Program-made: the position numbers and the translations under genes
Notes under the pieces: model-generated
What the model saw: the letters and a program-made list of their open reading frames with translations, nothing else
Told to the model about the DNA's origin: nothing
Databases searched by the model: none
Assembly (NCBI RefSeq): GCF_913055905.1
Contig: NZ_CAJXLB010000007.1
Source of the DNA: an uncultured Winogradskyella sp.
Lineage (GTDB): Bacteria; Bacteroidota; Bacteroidia; Flavobacteriales; Flavobacteriaceae
Direction: 5' to 3' (one strand)
DNA: 64,000 nt
Shown: positions 8,283-16,158 of the stretch, in pieces
Position numbering within the stretch: position 1 is the stretch's first letter
Layout: every line of letters starts with the position of its first letter

Positions 8283-10424
8283 ATGAGAAAATATCTATTT
8301 CTAGTAATACTAATATCCATTCTAGCTTGCAAAGAGGATAAAACATCTGATTCTGAATTAACAAATATTGACTATACTGAATTTGTCAATCCTTTTATTG
8401 GTACTGACGGAACAGGACACACGTTTCCAGGTCCAAGCAGGCCTTTTGCCATGGTGCAACCCGGACCAGACAATACCGACCAGGGTTGGGATTATACTAG
8501 TGGGTATCAACTCAAAGACTCTACCATCATAGGATTTTCCAATACCAGAGCGAGCGGAACAGGTATTAGTGAATTTGGAGATGTATTACTTTTCCCATTT
8601 ACAAAAGAATCAGATAGCCTTTCAGCCAAAAAAACAGACGAAACCGCTGACGTGGGTTACTACAAGGTAGATTTAAATAATGGTGTCCAGGCTGAACTCA
8701 CCTCAACAGACCGTGTTGGTTTTCACAGATATACTTACCCAAGCCAGAAAGCTAAATTATTGGTTAACCTACAACATGGTTTACGTTTTATTACAGACAG
8801 TTTGGTTTTGGATAGCGACATTACAATTGAAGCAGATAAAAAAACCATTTCCGGCTATTGCCATACCAGCAACTGGGTAGAGCGGAAGTATTTTTTTACC
8901 CTCACCTTCGACCAGACTTATGATTCCATCAGACAATTGCCTCTTGGACCGAAAGAAAACGCACCAAAAAGTATTTTAGATTTCACCCTTAAGAACAACA
9001 TTTTAAAAGCTAAAGTCGCTTTATCTTCTGTAAGCGTCGATGGCGCAAAAAAGAACCTTAACTCAGAACTCAACCACTGGGATTTTGAACAAGTGAGACA
9101 AGAAAGCAAAGAGGTTTGGAATACGTATTTGAGTAAAATTGATATTGAAGCAGAAGACAAGCAAAAAACCATTTTCTACACGTCTATGTACCATTTGTTT
9201 TTACAACCCAGCAATATAGCAGATGTGGATGGCAGGTACAGAGGTGCTGATGATCAAATTGCTACAGCTAAAAATGGAGAATACTACTCTACGCTTTCAC
9301 TTTGGGATACGTACCGAGCTGCGCATCCCTTGTATACTATTTTGGTACCGGAGCGTGTTGACGGCTTTGTAAATACATTTCTCGCCCATCATAAAGCACA
9401 AGGCTATTTACCCATCTGGACCGCCTGGGGACAGGAAAACCACTGTATGATTGGCAACCATTCCATACCAGTCATTGTGGATGCTTACAACAAAGGGTTT
9501 GATGGGTTTGACTACCATGAAGCCATGACGGCAATGGTAGAATCATCTACAGAAAATCACCTGAATTCAGATTGGGACCTTTATAACAAATACGGCTATT
9601 ACCCTTTTGATTATCTGGACAACGAAGCCGTTTCCAGAACGCTGGAAAGCGGATTTGACGATTATGCCATTTCCATTATGGCAAAAGATATGGGCATGGA
9701 TAGCATTGCCGGCGTATTTGCCAAAAGAGCAAAATATTATGAAAATTTATTTGACCCGGAAACGGGCTTAATGCGCGGTAAAGATTCCAAAGGACAGTTT
9801 AGAACGCCTTTTAATCCTCTGGATGCCACATCGCCGATGAATAATCCCGGAGATTACACCGAAGCAAATGCCTGGCAGTACACCTGGACGACGTCGCATT
9901 ATGATGTGGAAAATTACACAAAATTGCTCGGTGGCAAAGACCAATTCACAGAACAATTGAATACGTTCTTTTCTATTTCAGGTGATGGCGACAATAAGCA
10001 TTTGGGACAAGAAGGCTTAATAGGACAATATGCCCACGGCAATGAACCTAGCCATCACATTGCTTATTTATATGCCTACTCAAACACACCAGAAAGAGGA
10101 AATGAACTTATAACTGAAATTTACAACAAGTTCTACGATGAAACACCTGAAGGCATCACCGGAAATGATGACTGCGGACAGATGAGTGCCTGGTATATAT
10201 TCTCAACCTTAGGCTTTTATCCGGTAAATCCAGCAAATACAGAATATGTTTTAGGAATTCCGCAAGTAGAAAAAGCTACTATAAATTTGCAAAACGGCAA
10301 GACGTTTAAAATTAGAAAAACTAAACAGTTAGAAGATTTATCTATTCAACTGAATAATAAAGAAATTGAAAGGATTATTAAACACCAAGATGTTATAGGT
10401 GGAGGAACTTTAGAATTTAAATAA
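8283..10424 (+). CDS. GH92 family alpha-mannosidase, lipoprotein
   Basis: VNPFIGT, GHTFPG, SLWDTYR, YTEANAWQY, GQYAHGNEPSHH and GNDDCGQMSAWY motifs; lipobox ILA-C; ATG at 8283 preferred. Confidence 0.93.
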   Translation: MRKYLFLVILISILACKEDKTSDSELTNIDYTEFVNPFIGTDGTGHTFPGPSRPFAMVQPGPDNTDQGWDYTSGYQLKDSTIIGFSNTRASGTGISEFGDVLLFPFTKESDSLSAKKTDETADVGYYKVDLNNGVQAELTSTDRVGFHRYTYPSQKAKLLVNLQHGLRFITDSLVLDSDITIEADKKTISGYCHTSNWVERKYFFTLTFDQTYDSIRQLPLGPKENAPKSILDFTLKNNILKAKVALSSVSVDGAKKNLNSELNHWDFEQVRQESKEVWNTYLSKIDIEAEDKQKTIFYTSMYHLFLQPSNIADVDGRYRGADDQIATAKNGEYYSTLSLWDTYRAAHPLYTILVPERVDGFVNTFLAHHKAQGYLPIWTAWGQENHCMIGNHSIPVIVDAYNKGFDGFDYHEAMTAMVESSTENHLNSDWDLYNKYGYYPFDYLDNEAVSRTLESGFDDYAISIMAKDMGMDSIAGVFAKRAKYYENLFDPETGLMRGKDSKGQFRTPFNPLDATSPMNNPGDYTEANAWQYTWTTSHYDVENYTKLLGGKDQFTEQLNTFFSISGDGDNKHLGQEGLIGQYAHGNEPSHHIAYLYAYSNTPERGNELITEIYNKFYDETPEGITGNDDCGQMSAWYIFSTLGFYPVNPANTEYVLGIPQVEKATINLQNGKTFKIRKTKQLEDLSIQLNNKEIERIIKHQDVIGGGTLEFK

Positions 10425-10428
10425 CTAA

Positions 10429-10561
10429 TGTCAACAGAAGCTATACCTAATACGGGCGAAAGTCCTAATATGAAGGCAATTAGATTAATCAAAATTTTCG
10501 GTAAACGGACAGTGAAGTGTATTGAAATCTCGCACTACGCATAGATGAGACCGTTGTAAAC
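10429..10561 (+). repeat. Degenerate attC-like site 10
   Basis: TGTCAAC at 10429-10435; arms CTATACCTAATACGGG and CTCGCACTACGCATAG; ACC-GTTGTAAAC at 10553-10561. Confidence 0.7.
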
Positions 10562-10565
10562 AATT

Positions 10566-11141
10566 ATGAAAAACTTAATTCTAATAATTATTTCATTAAC
10601 ATTCTTCAACTCTTTTAGCCAAGAGTCAAAAGATTTCATAAAATCAGAGGACTATTATTTAACGGAAATTGACCCACTAACAATGAAAAAATATTGGGAA
10701 AATTTTCCAACTGAAAATGTATTGAAGCCCATTCCTATTTATTTAAAAGATAAAAACGGAAAAACACTTTATGAAATTAAAATATCAGAGTTGGAATTTT
10801 ATAGCGGAACTTCAATTGAGGTTTTGGATATTGATAATTTGAAGGACATTGAACAAATAATACATTTGGAATCCGGTTACGATGCTTGTTGCACTAGTTA
10901 TTATTCGACTTATTTGCTCAAAGCAAAAGATGGAAAATTAATTAAACTCCCCGAAATTGATAATTTGCATTGTGACGGACCAGAACCAAGATTTGAATAT
11001 AGATTCCCAAATCAAAAATTCGGACATGAAAACCAAATCTTAATGACTAAATCATTCCTAAACGACGATTACAAAGTTGAAAAGGTTGAAATACAAAAAA
11101 CATATTCTTGGAACGGAAAAACATTTGAATTAAAAAAATAA
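10566..11141 (+). CDS. Secreted hypothetical cassette protein
   Basis: 191 aa; signal peptide ending SFS-QE; start 13 bp after the GTT. Confidence 0.75.
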   Translation: MKNLILIIISLTFFNSFSQESKDFIKSEDYYLTEIDPLTMKKYWENFPTENVLKPIPIYLKDKNGKTLYEIKISELEFYSGTSIEVLDIDNLKDIEQIIHLESGYDACCTSYYSTYLLKAKDGKLIKLPEIDNLHCDGPEPRFEYRFPNQKFGHENQILMTKSFLNDDYKVEKVEIQKTYSWNGKTFELKK

Positions 11142-11142
11142 C

Positions 11143-11360
11143 TATTCGCAACAATAGCTATAATTGTTAGCACCAGTTCGCACTGCGTGCTCGTGTCATT
11201 GCTACTCCCCTGCTTCAATTTAAAATTTTTCCTACATTTAGCACCTAAACATAAAAAGGAAGGATTTCGTTTCGCTGTTTGCTTCGCACGTGTGGAAAAA
11301 TCTAGCAACGCTTTGCAAATCGCAAACCGCATAGTAATCATTGACTAGACCGCTGTGCCT
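11143..11360 (+). repeat. Degenerate attC-like site 11 (family B; core GTT mutated to GCT)
   Basis: Body aligns with sites 6 and 7 (CATTGCTACTC...GCTTCGCACGTGTGGAAAAA...CTAGCAACGCT); 31-nt insertion at 11166-11196; right core GCTGTGCCT at 11352-11360. Confidence 0.75.
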
Positions 11361-11364
11361 CATT

Positions 11365-11399
11365 AAAAAACAGAGTCCTTACAAAACGTAAGAACTCTG
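11365..11399 (-). terminator. Intrinsic terminator for the minus-strand gene 11411-11824
   Basis: Stem CAGAGTCCTTAC / GTAAGAACTCTG (11/12) next to A6 at 11365-11370, which is a U-tract on the minus strand. Confidence 0.7.
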
Positions 11400-11410
11400 C
11401 TTGAAAAAAA

Positions 11411-11824
11411 TTACTCTTTAGGCAGAAGCCTCCCACTAACAGGTTCAAGGTCGTACATTACAAAAGTTTCTATTATACTTTCCATATCCTCGTTTTCACC
11501 GTGGTCTTCTTTTCCTTCTTTGGTTTCAAGGAAATTATAGAGGGTTTCTTTTTTATCGTAAGTTGCCCAAACAACAACTGAATTTCTTCCCTCATCGACA
11601 CTAACCTGATAAGCTAGAAGACCATCAGATTTTTTGTCCATTTTCAAAGTCGGAGCTTTTGCAATCCTTACTAAATCATCAAGTTTACCAGGTTTTGCAG
11701 TTGATACTGACATAAAGGTATACGTTGGGCTTTTCATCGTTTTTTTCATTTTTTGATTATTTTTTTGCTTACAAGTGAATGTCAATATTAGTATTGATAA
11801 TAAAACTATTTTATTCAATTCCAT
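11411..11824 (-). CDS. Lipoprotein with an ABM-like (dimeric alpha-beta barrel) domain
   Basis: Lipobox-like LTFT-C; TFMSVSTAKPGKLDDL...YQVSVDEGRNSVVVWATY pattern. Confidence 0.6.
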   Translation of the reverse strand: MELNKIVLLSILILTFTCKQKNNQKMKKTMKSPTYTFMSVSTAKPGKLDDLVRIAKAPTLKMDKKSDGLLAYQVSVDEGRNSVVVWATYDKKETLYNFLETKEGKEDHGENEDMESIIETFVMYDLEPVSGRLLPKE

Positions 11825-11856
11825 TGTTATTAATTTATTTTATTATGGTTTTGATG

Positions 11857-11904
11857 CAAATATAAAATATTATTTCAAATTCATAATATTATTTTGTAAT
11901 TTTG
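11857..11904. promoter_or_regulatory. Divergent -7 promoter boxes
   Basis: CAAATATA at 11857-11864 (TATATTTG on the minus strand) and TAATTTTG at 11897-11904 (plus strand). Confidence 0.5.
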
Positions 11905-11929
11905 TTCATTATAATACTAAATTGACTTA

Positions 11930-12481
11930 ATGAAGCTTACATTACTTAAAGATATAATTGAACTAATAGAGGACTTTCAAACTTCAAACGACTCTGAAAA
12001 AATAGAAGATTTCACAATCTGGCTCAACAACAAATTGTTTTCGTTAAATCATAGTGAAGAGCACTCAACTCACGATGAACTATTGATTGCTTTTAAAATA
12101 ATGTTGCTAAATAAAGAACTGAAAAAACAGACAAAAAACGTTTTATCGAAATCAAATGTGTCGTCCATTGATGAATACAGCTTTTTATTACACTTGAATT
12201 ACCAAGAAAGCTTCAGAAAAATGGAGTTAGTGGATTTGCACAATCTTGAAGCACCAACGGGAATAGAAATTATAAAAAGACTTCTAAAAAATAGGCTGAT
12301 TGACGAATTTCCAGATAAAGAAGACAAAAGGGCAAAAAGAATAAAAATAACAAAAAAAGGAATTGCGGAGTTGGAATCAATTAAACCAAGAATTGATTCA
12401 ACTTTTATGAAATTGACAGAACCTCTTAACCTGAATGAAAAAATTCAAATTAGTGGCCTTCTAGATAAACTGATACATTAA
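11930..12481 (+). CDS. MarR family winged-helix regulator
   Basis: PTGIEIIKRLLKNRLIDEFPDKEDKRAKRIKITKKG wing motif. Confidence 0.85.
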   Translation: MKLTLLKDIIELIEDFQTSNDSEKIEDFTIWLNNKLFSLNHSEEHSTHDELLIAFKIMLLNKELKKQTKNVLSKSNVSSIDEYSFLLHLNYQESFRKMELVDLHNLEAPTGIEIIKRLLKNRLIDEFPDKEDKRAKRIKITKKGIAELESIKPRIDSTFMKLTEPLNLNEKIQISGLLDKLIH

Positions 12482-12490
12482 GAAATAACA

Positions 12491-12499
12491 AGGCACAAC
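12491..12499 (+). repeat. Remnant left core of the last cassette site
   Basis: AGGCACAAC 10 bp after the MarR stop; its reverse complement GTTGTGCCT matches 11352-11360 at 8/9. Confidence 0.55.
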
Positions 12500-12709
12500 T
12501 AAGAACTGAATTAAAAAAGCACCTTTTTCTTCGAAAAATACATCCTGTGATTTAAATTACACATCATCCTTTAACTCTGGAAAAATCTCGTTTTAGTTTA
12601 TAGCGTGGTTAAAACGAGGTTATAACCATATTATAGCAATGCAAACCTGTTTAGTAAGTACCTAAGATTTGCTCAATAATAGAACGGAAAGACTAAAGGC
12701 CACAAAGAT

Positions 12710-14098
12710 TTATTTCCCGATGCAAAAATTAGCAAATATATTCCCCAAGAGGTCATCGGTCGTAATCTCGCCGGTAATCTCTCCAAAGTGATGAAGAGCC
12801 TGTCGTATATCTATCGCCAACAAATCGCCTGAAAGTCCAGTTTCCAATCCTTCCTTAACCTTTTGGATTTCTTCAAAGGCCTTAATCAGAGCATCATAGT
12901 GCCTAGTATTGGTCACAATAGTGTCATTGTTCCGTAAGGCGCCAGTATTGATTAAATTTAAAAGAGTCTCGGTAAGTTGTTCTATACCAAACCCGGTCTT
13001 AGCAGAGAGCAGCAGGACATCAGGAATGGTTGTATTAATCTCAGCAAGCTGCATATCGTCTAATACATCTATCTTATTGGCAATAACCAATAAAGGCTTT
13101 TGAGGATATTTGTTCCTAATTTTTTCAATCTCAATTCTTACGCTTTCCAAATCAGCAATTTGTTTGGCAGCATCAAATAGGAATATGGTGACTTGCGACT
13201 GCTCGATTTTTTCAAACGTCTTTTTTATGCCTATGGACTCAACAACATCTTCGGTCTCTCGTATACCTGCCGTATCTATAAAGCGAAATCCTATTCCTCC
13301 TATAGAAATCTCGTCTTCAATGGTATCACGTGTAGTACCAGCAATTTCCGATACAATAGCACGCTCATCATTGAGCAAGGCATTGAGCAACGTAGATTTT
13401 CCCACATTAGGCTCACCCACAATAGCGACAGGAATGCCGTTCTTTATCACATTGCCCACAGCAAACGAATCAATAAGACGCTTAAGCACAAAACTAATGC
13501 GGTCAATGAGTTCCTTAAATTGGGTTCTGTCTGCAAATTCTACATCCTCTTCAGCAAAATCAAGTTCCAACTCAATGAGGGAAGCAAAATTCATAAGCTC
13601 TTCCCTAAGCCTAGAGATTTCAGAAGAAAAGCCACCACGCATCTGTTGCATGGCAATTTGATGTGCCGCCTCGTTATCACTAGAAATTAAGTCGGCAACA
13701 GCTTCTGCTTGGCTCAAATCCAATTTTCCATTTAAAAAAGCTCGTAGCGTAAATTCTCCAGGCGATGCCATCCTGCAACCCTTTCGTAAAAAAAGCTGTA
13801 TGATTTCTTGCTGTATATAGGTTGAACCATGGCACGATATTTCCACAACATCTTCACCTGTGTAAGATTTCGGATTTTTAAATAGCGATACCAATACCTC
13901 ATCCAAGGTTTTCATACCGTCTACTATATGCCCCAAATGTATGGTATGCGTAGCTTGCTGTTTTAAATCTTTTCCACTAACCGATTTAAAGTTTTCGGAC
14001 ACAAGGGCAATAGCAGCCGGGCCGGACAGTCTAATAACTGCTATGGCGCCGCTTCCTGATGGTGTCGCTAAGGCTATTATGGTATCTTGATGAGACAT
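12710..14098 (-). CDS. mnmE: tRNA modification GTPase MnmE (TrmE)
   Basis: DTIIALATPSG, GEPNVGKSTL, GTTRD, DTAGIR and C-terminal FANFCIGK. Confidence 0.98.
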   Translation of the reverse strand: MSHQDTIIALATPSGSGAIAVIRLSGPAAIALVSENFKSVSGKDLKQQATHTIHLGHIVDGMKTLDEVLVSLFKNPKSYTGEDVVEISCHGSTYIQQEIIQLFLRKGCRMASPGEFTLRAFLNGKLDLSQAEAVADLISSDNEAAHQIAMQQMRGGFSSEISRLREELMNFASLIELELDFAEEDVEFADRTQFKELIDRISFVLKRLIDSFAVGNVIKNGIPVAIVGEPNVGKSTLLNALLNDERAIVSEIAGTTRDTIEDEISIGGIGFRFIDTAGIRETEDVVESIGIKKTFEKIEQSQVTIFLFDAAKQIADLESVRIEIEKIRNKYPQKPLLVIANKIDVLDDMQLAEINTTIPDVLLLSAKTGFGIEQLTETLLNLINTGALRNNDTIVTNTRHYDALIKAFEEIQKVKEGLETGLSGDLLAIDIRQALHHFGEITGEITTDDLLGNIFANFCIGK

Positions 14099-14117
14099 CT
14101 AATTCAATTATACTCTG

Positions 14118-14216
14118 CAAAAATAAAGTATTTTCATAGGAACACTGTAATAGAACCATAGAAACAGGGCTTGTTAAGAATTTAGTCGAAAAAATAAATC
14201 AAGGACCGTATATTTG
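14118..14216. promoter_or_regulatory. Divergent -7 boxes for mnmE and the TlpA gene
   Basis: CAAAAATA at 14118-14125 (TATTTTTG on the minus strand); TATATTTG at 14209-14216 (plus strand). Confidence 0.55.
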
Positions 14217-14250
14217 TGTCACAAAAGTTAGTAACAAAAAAGGGATAACA

Positions 14251-15414
14251 ATGAAAAGAACGTTAGTAGTAATTGCAGCGATAATGATGATGTTTGGATG
14301 CCAACAGAATGAGCAGCCAGAAGGTTTTGTAGTAAATGGGACAGCGACAGATGTGTACAATGGCATTAGACTTTACCTCAATAACATAGGCCCTAGAGGG
14401 CGCTTAACCCCTATCGATACTGCCATTGTTATGAACGAAACCTTTAAATTTGAAGGGAAACTCAGCCATCCTAAATTATTGTACCTCACCATGAACAGTG
14501 TTCCAGGTAGATTTCCACTAATGGTAGAAAATGGCGAAATGACAATGAAAATTGACAAAACAAACCTGCAGAATACCATTTTTGAAGGATCGGAGTCCCA
14601 CCAAAGCTATCTAACCTTTGTAGACAAGTATAAATCCTATCAAAGCGACATGATGTTACAGAGTCGGGCCTTTACAGATGCACGTAGTATCAATGACAGC
14701 ACGGCTATGGAAAAAGCTACGGAAAACCTTACCAAAATAAGGGAAGAAGCGCAGGAATACCCATATCAATTTATGGAAAACCGACCTGAGGATTTTGTGT
14801 CTCTCGAAATTTATGAAATGCAGTTGAACCAACGCGAAAAGGACGGACAACGACTTATAGATATCTTTGACAATTTTGATGAATCTTTAAAATCATCTGC
14901 TAAGGGCTTACAACTAAAGACTAAAACAGCCCAAATGAAAAAGGAAATGGAAGCCAACAAACATTTACAGATTGGTATGAAAGCACCAGATTTTAGTGGT
15001 CCTGACCCAGACGGCAATACCGTTTCATTAAGTGAGGTAGTCAATAAAGGAAAAGTAACGATTATAGATTTCTGGGCGGCATGGTGCGGTCCTTGTCGAA
15101 GGGAGAACCCTAATGTAGTAAGGATATACAACAAATATCATGACCAAGGCCTTGAAATTATTGGCGTTTCTTTAGATGGACAATCAAGGCAACAAGACCC
15201 AAAGAAAGCCTGGTTAGATGCTATAGAGGAAGATAACTTAACATGGAACCACGTATCCAACCTTAAATACTTTAACGACCCAATAGCCAAAACTTATAAT
15301 ATCCAGGCCATACCTGCGACCTATATATTGGATAGCGAGGGTAAAATAGTGGATAAAAACCTAAGGGGTTCTCAGCTAGAACTTAAGGTCATGGAACTTC
15401 TAGGAATAGAATAA
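14251..15414 (+). CDS. TlpA-family disulfide reductase lipoprotein (DUF4369 plus AhpC/TSA)
   Basis: Lipobox MFG-C; DFWAAWCGPCRRENP; IPATYILD. Confidence 0.9.
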   Translation: MKRTLVVIAAIMMMFGCQQNEQPEGFVVNGTATDVYNGIRLYLNNIGPRGRLTPIDTAIVMNETFKFEGKLSHPKLLYLTMNSVPGRFPLMVENGEMTMKIDKTNLQNTIFEGSESHQSYLTFVDKYKSYQSDMMLQSRAFTDARSINDSTAMEKATENLTKIREEAQEYPYQFMENRPEDFVSLEIYEMQLNQREKDGQRLIDIFDNFDESLKSSAKGLQLKTKTAQMKKEMEANKHLQIGMKAPDFSGPDPDGNTVSLSEVVNKGKVTIIDFWAAWCGPCRRENPNVVRIYNKYHDQGLEIIGVSLDGQSRQQDPKKAWLDAIEEDNLTWNHVSNLKYFNDPIAKTYNIQAIPATYILDSEGKIVDKNLRGSQLELKVMELLGIE

Positions 15415-15423
15415 AATAAAATA

Positions 15424-15451
15424 AGTAAAGCCTGCGAAAGCGGGCTTTACT
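15424..15451. terminator. Bidirectional terminator hairpin
   Basis: AGTAAAGCCTGC-GAAA-GCGGGCTTTACT between convergent genes. Confidence 0.75.
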
Positions 15452-16103
15452 AATGGAGCTTTCCAGTTTTATAGAGCACGAATAAAATTATGATGGGTAT
15501 GGACAACAAAGCGACGTGCCCTAAATCCGTTTTGAATAGACTTGGCATCAAAATTAAGGTAACGACATAGCCACCAACCGCACCGCCAAAATGGGCATCG
15601 TGGCCTATATTGCCAAGCTTGTTTTTCATCCCATAAATGGAATAAAGCAAATACCCTACGCCAAACACATAGCCCGGAATTGGTATTGGTATAAAAAACA
15701 TGTACAACCGCATTTCAGGATATAACAAAATGGCGGCATAAAGCACTCCCGTAACCGCACCACTAGCACCTACAGCACTATACCAAAACTCATCCTTATG
15801 AAAATAGAGCGATAGGAGATTACCAAAAACAAGGCTAGCCACATAGATAATGATGAAATTTAGGGTTCCTAATTGCAATATGACCGTATGTGCAAAAAAA
15901 TACAGAGTTAACATATTGAAGAGCAAATGCGTCAAATCAACATGCAAAAACCCAGAACTGAACATCCGTATTTGGTCACCACGTCTTATCTGCCCCACAT
16001 TAAACTTATAACGCTCAAAGAAAATTCGGTTATCAAAACCTTTAAATGATAGTACTGCATTGGCTGCAATGATGATACCTGTAACTAAATCTAAGTTGTA
16101 CAT
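15450..16103 (-). CDS. Rhomboid family intramembrane serine protease
   Basis: HLLFNMLTL, GASGAV and AHFGGA motifs. Confidence 0.95.
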   Translation of the reverse strand: MYNLDLVTGIIIAANAVLSFKGFDNRIFFERYKFNVGQIRRGDQIRMFSSGFLHVDLTHLLFNMLTLYFFAHTVILQLGTLNFIIIYVASLVFGNLLSLYFHKDEFWYSAVGASGAVTGVLYAAILLYPEMRLYMFFIPIPIPGYVFGVGYLLYSIYGMKNKLGNIGHDAHFGGAVGGYVVTLILMPSLFKTDLGHVALLSIPIIILFVLYKTGKLH

Positions 16104-16119
16104 AAGCTTTCCGTAAGCT

Positions 16120-16136
16120 CAAATATAATATATTTG
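16120..16136. promoter_or_regulatory. Back-to-back divergent -7 promoter boxes
   Basis: CAAATATA-A-TATATTTG, a perfect palindrome in a 55-bp divergent intergenic region. Confidence 0.65.
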
Positions 16137-16158
16137 CTACCAGTTTTCATACTGTAAG

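Larger units (their letters stand above)
1..12499 (+). mobile_element. Integron-like gene cassette array (about 12 cassettes, non-canonical attC-like sites); continues beyond the left window edge; no integrase in window
   Basis: ORFs alternate with AAC...GTT-bounded imperfect inverted repeats. Each cassette start (GTTR...) is complementary to the ...YAAC at that cassette's own end. Seven simple cassette ORFs begin only 12-32 bp after the GTT. Confidence 0.88.

Noticed and set aside
12587-12655. Hairpin CTCGTTTTA/TAAAACGAG and GCAAACCTGTT as the right half of site 12
   Set aside because: No arm complementarity to the sequence after 12499; more likely an mnmE terminator-like hairpin or chance.
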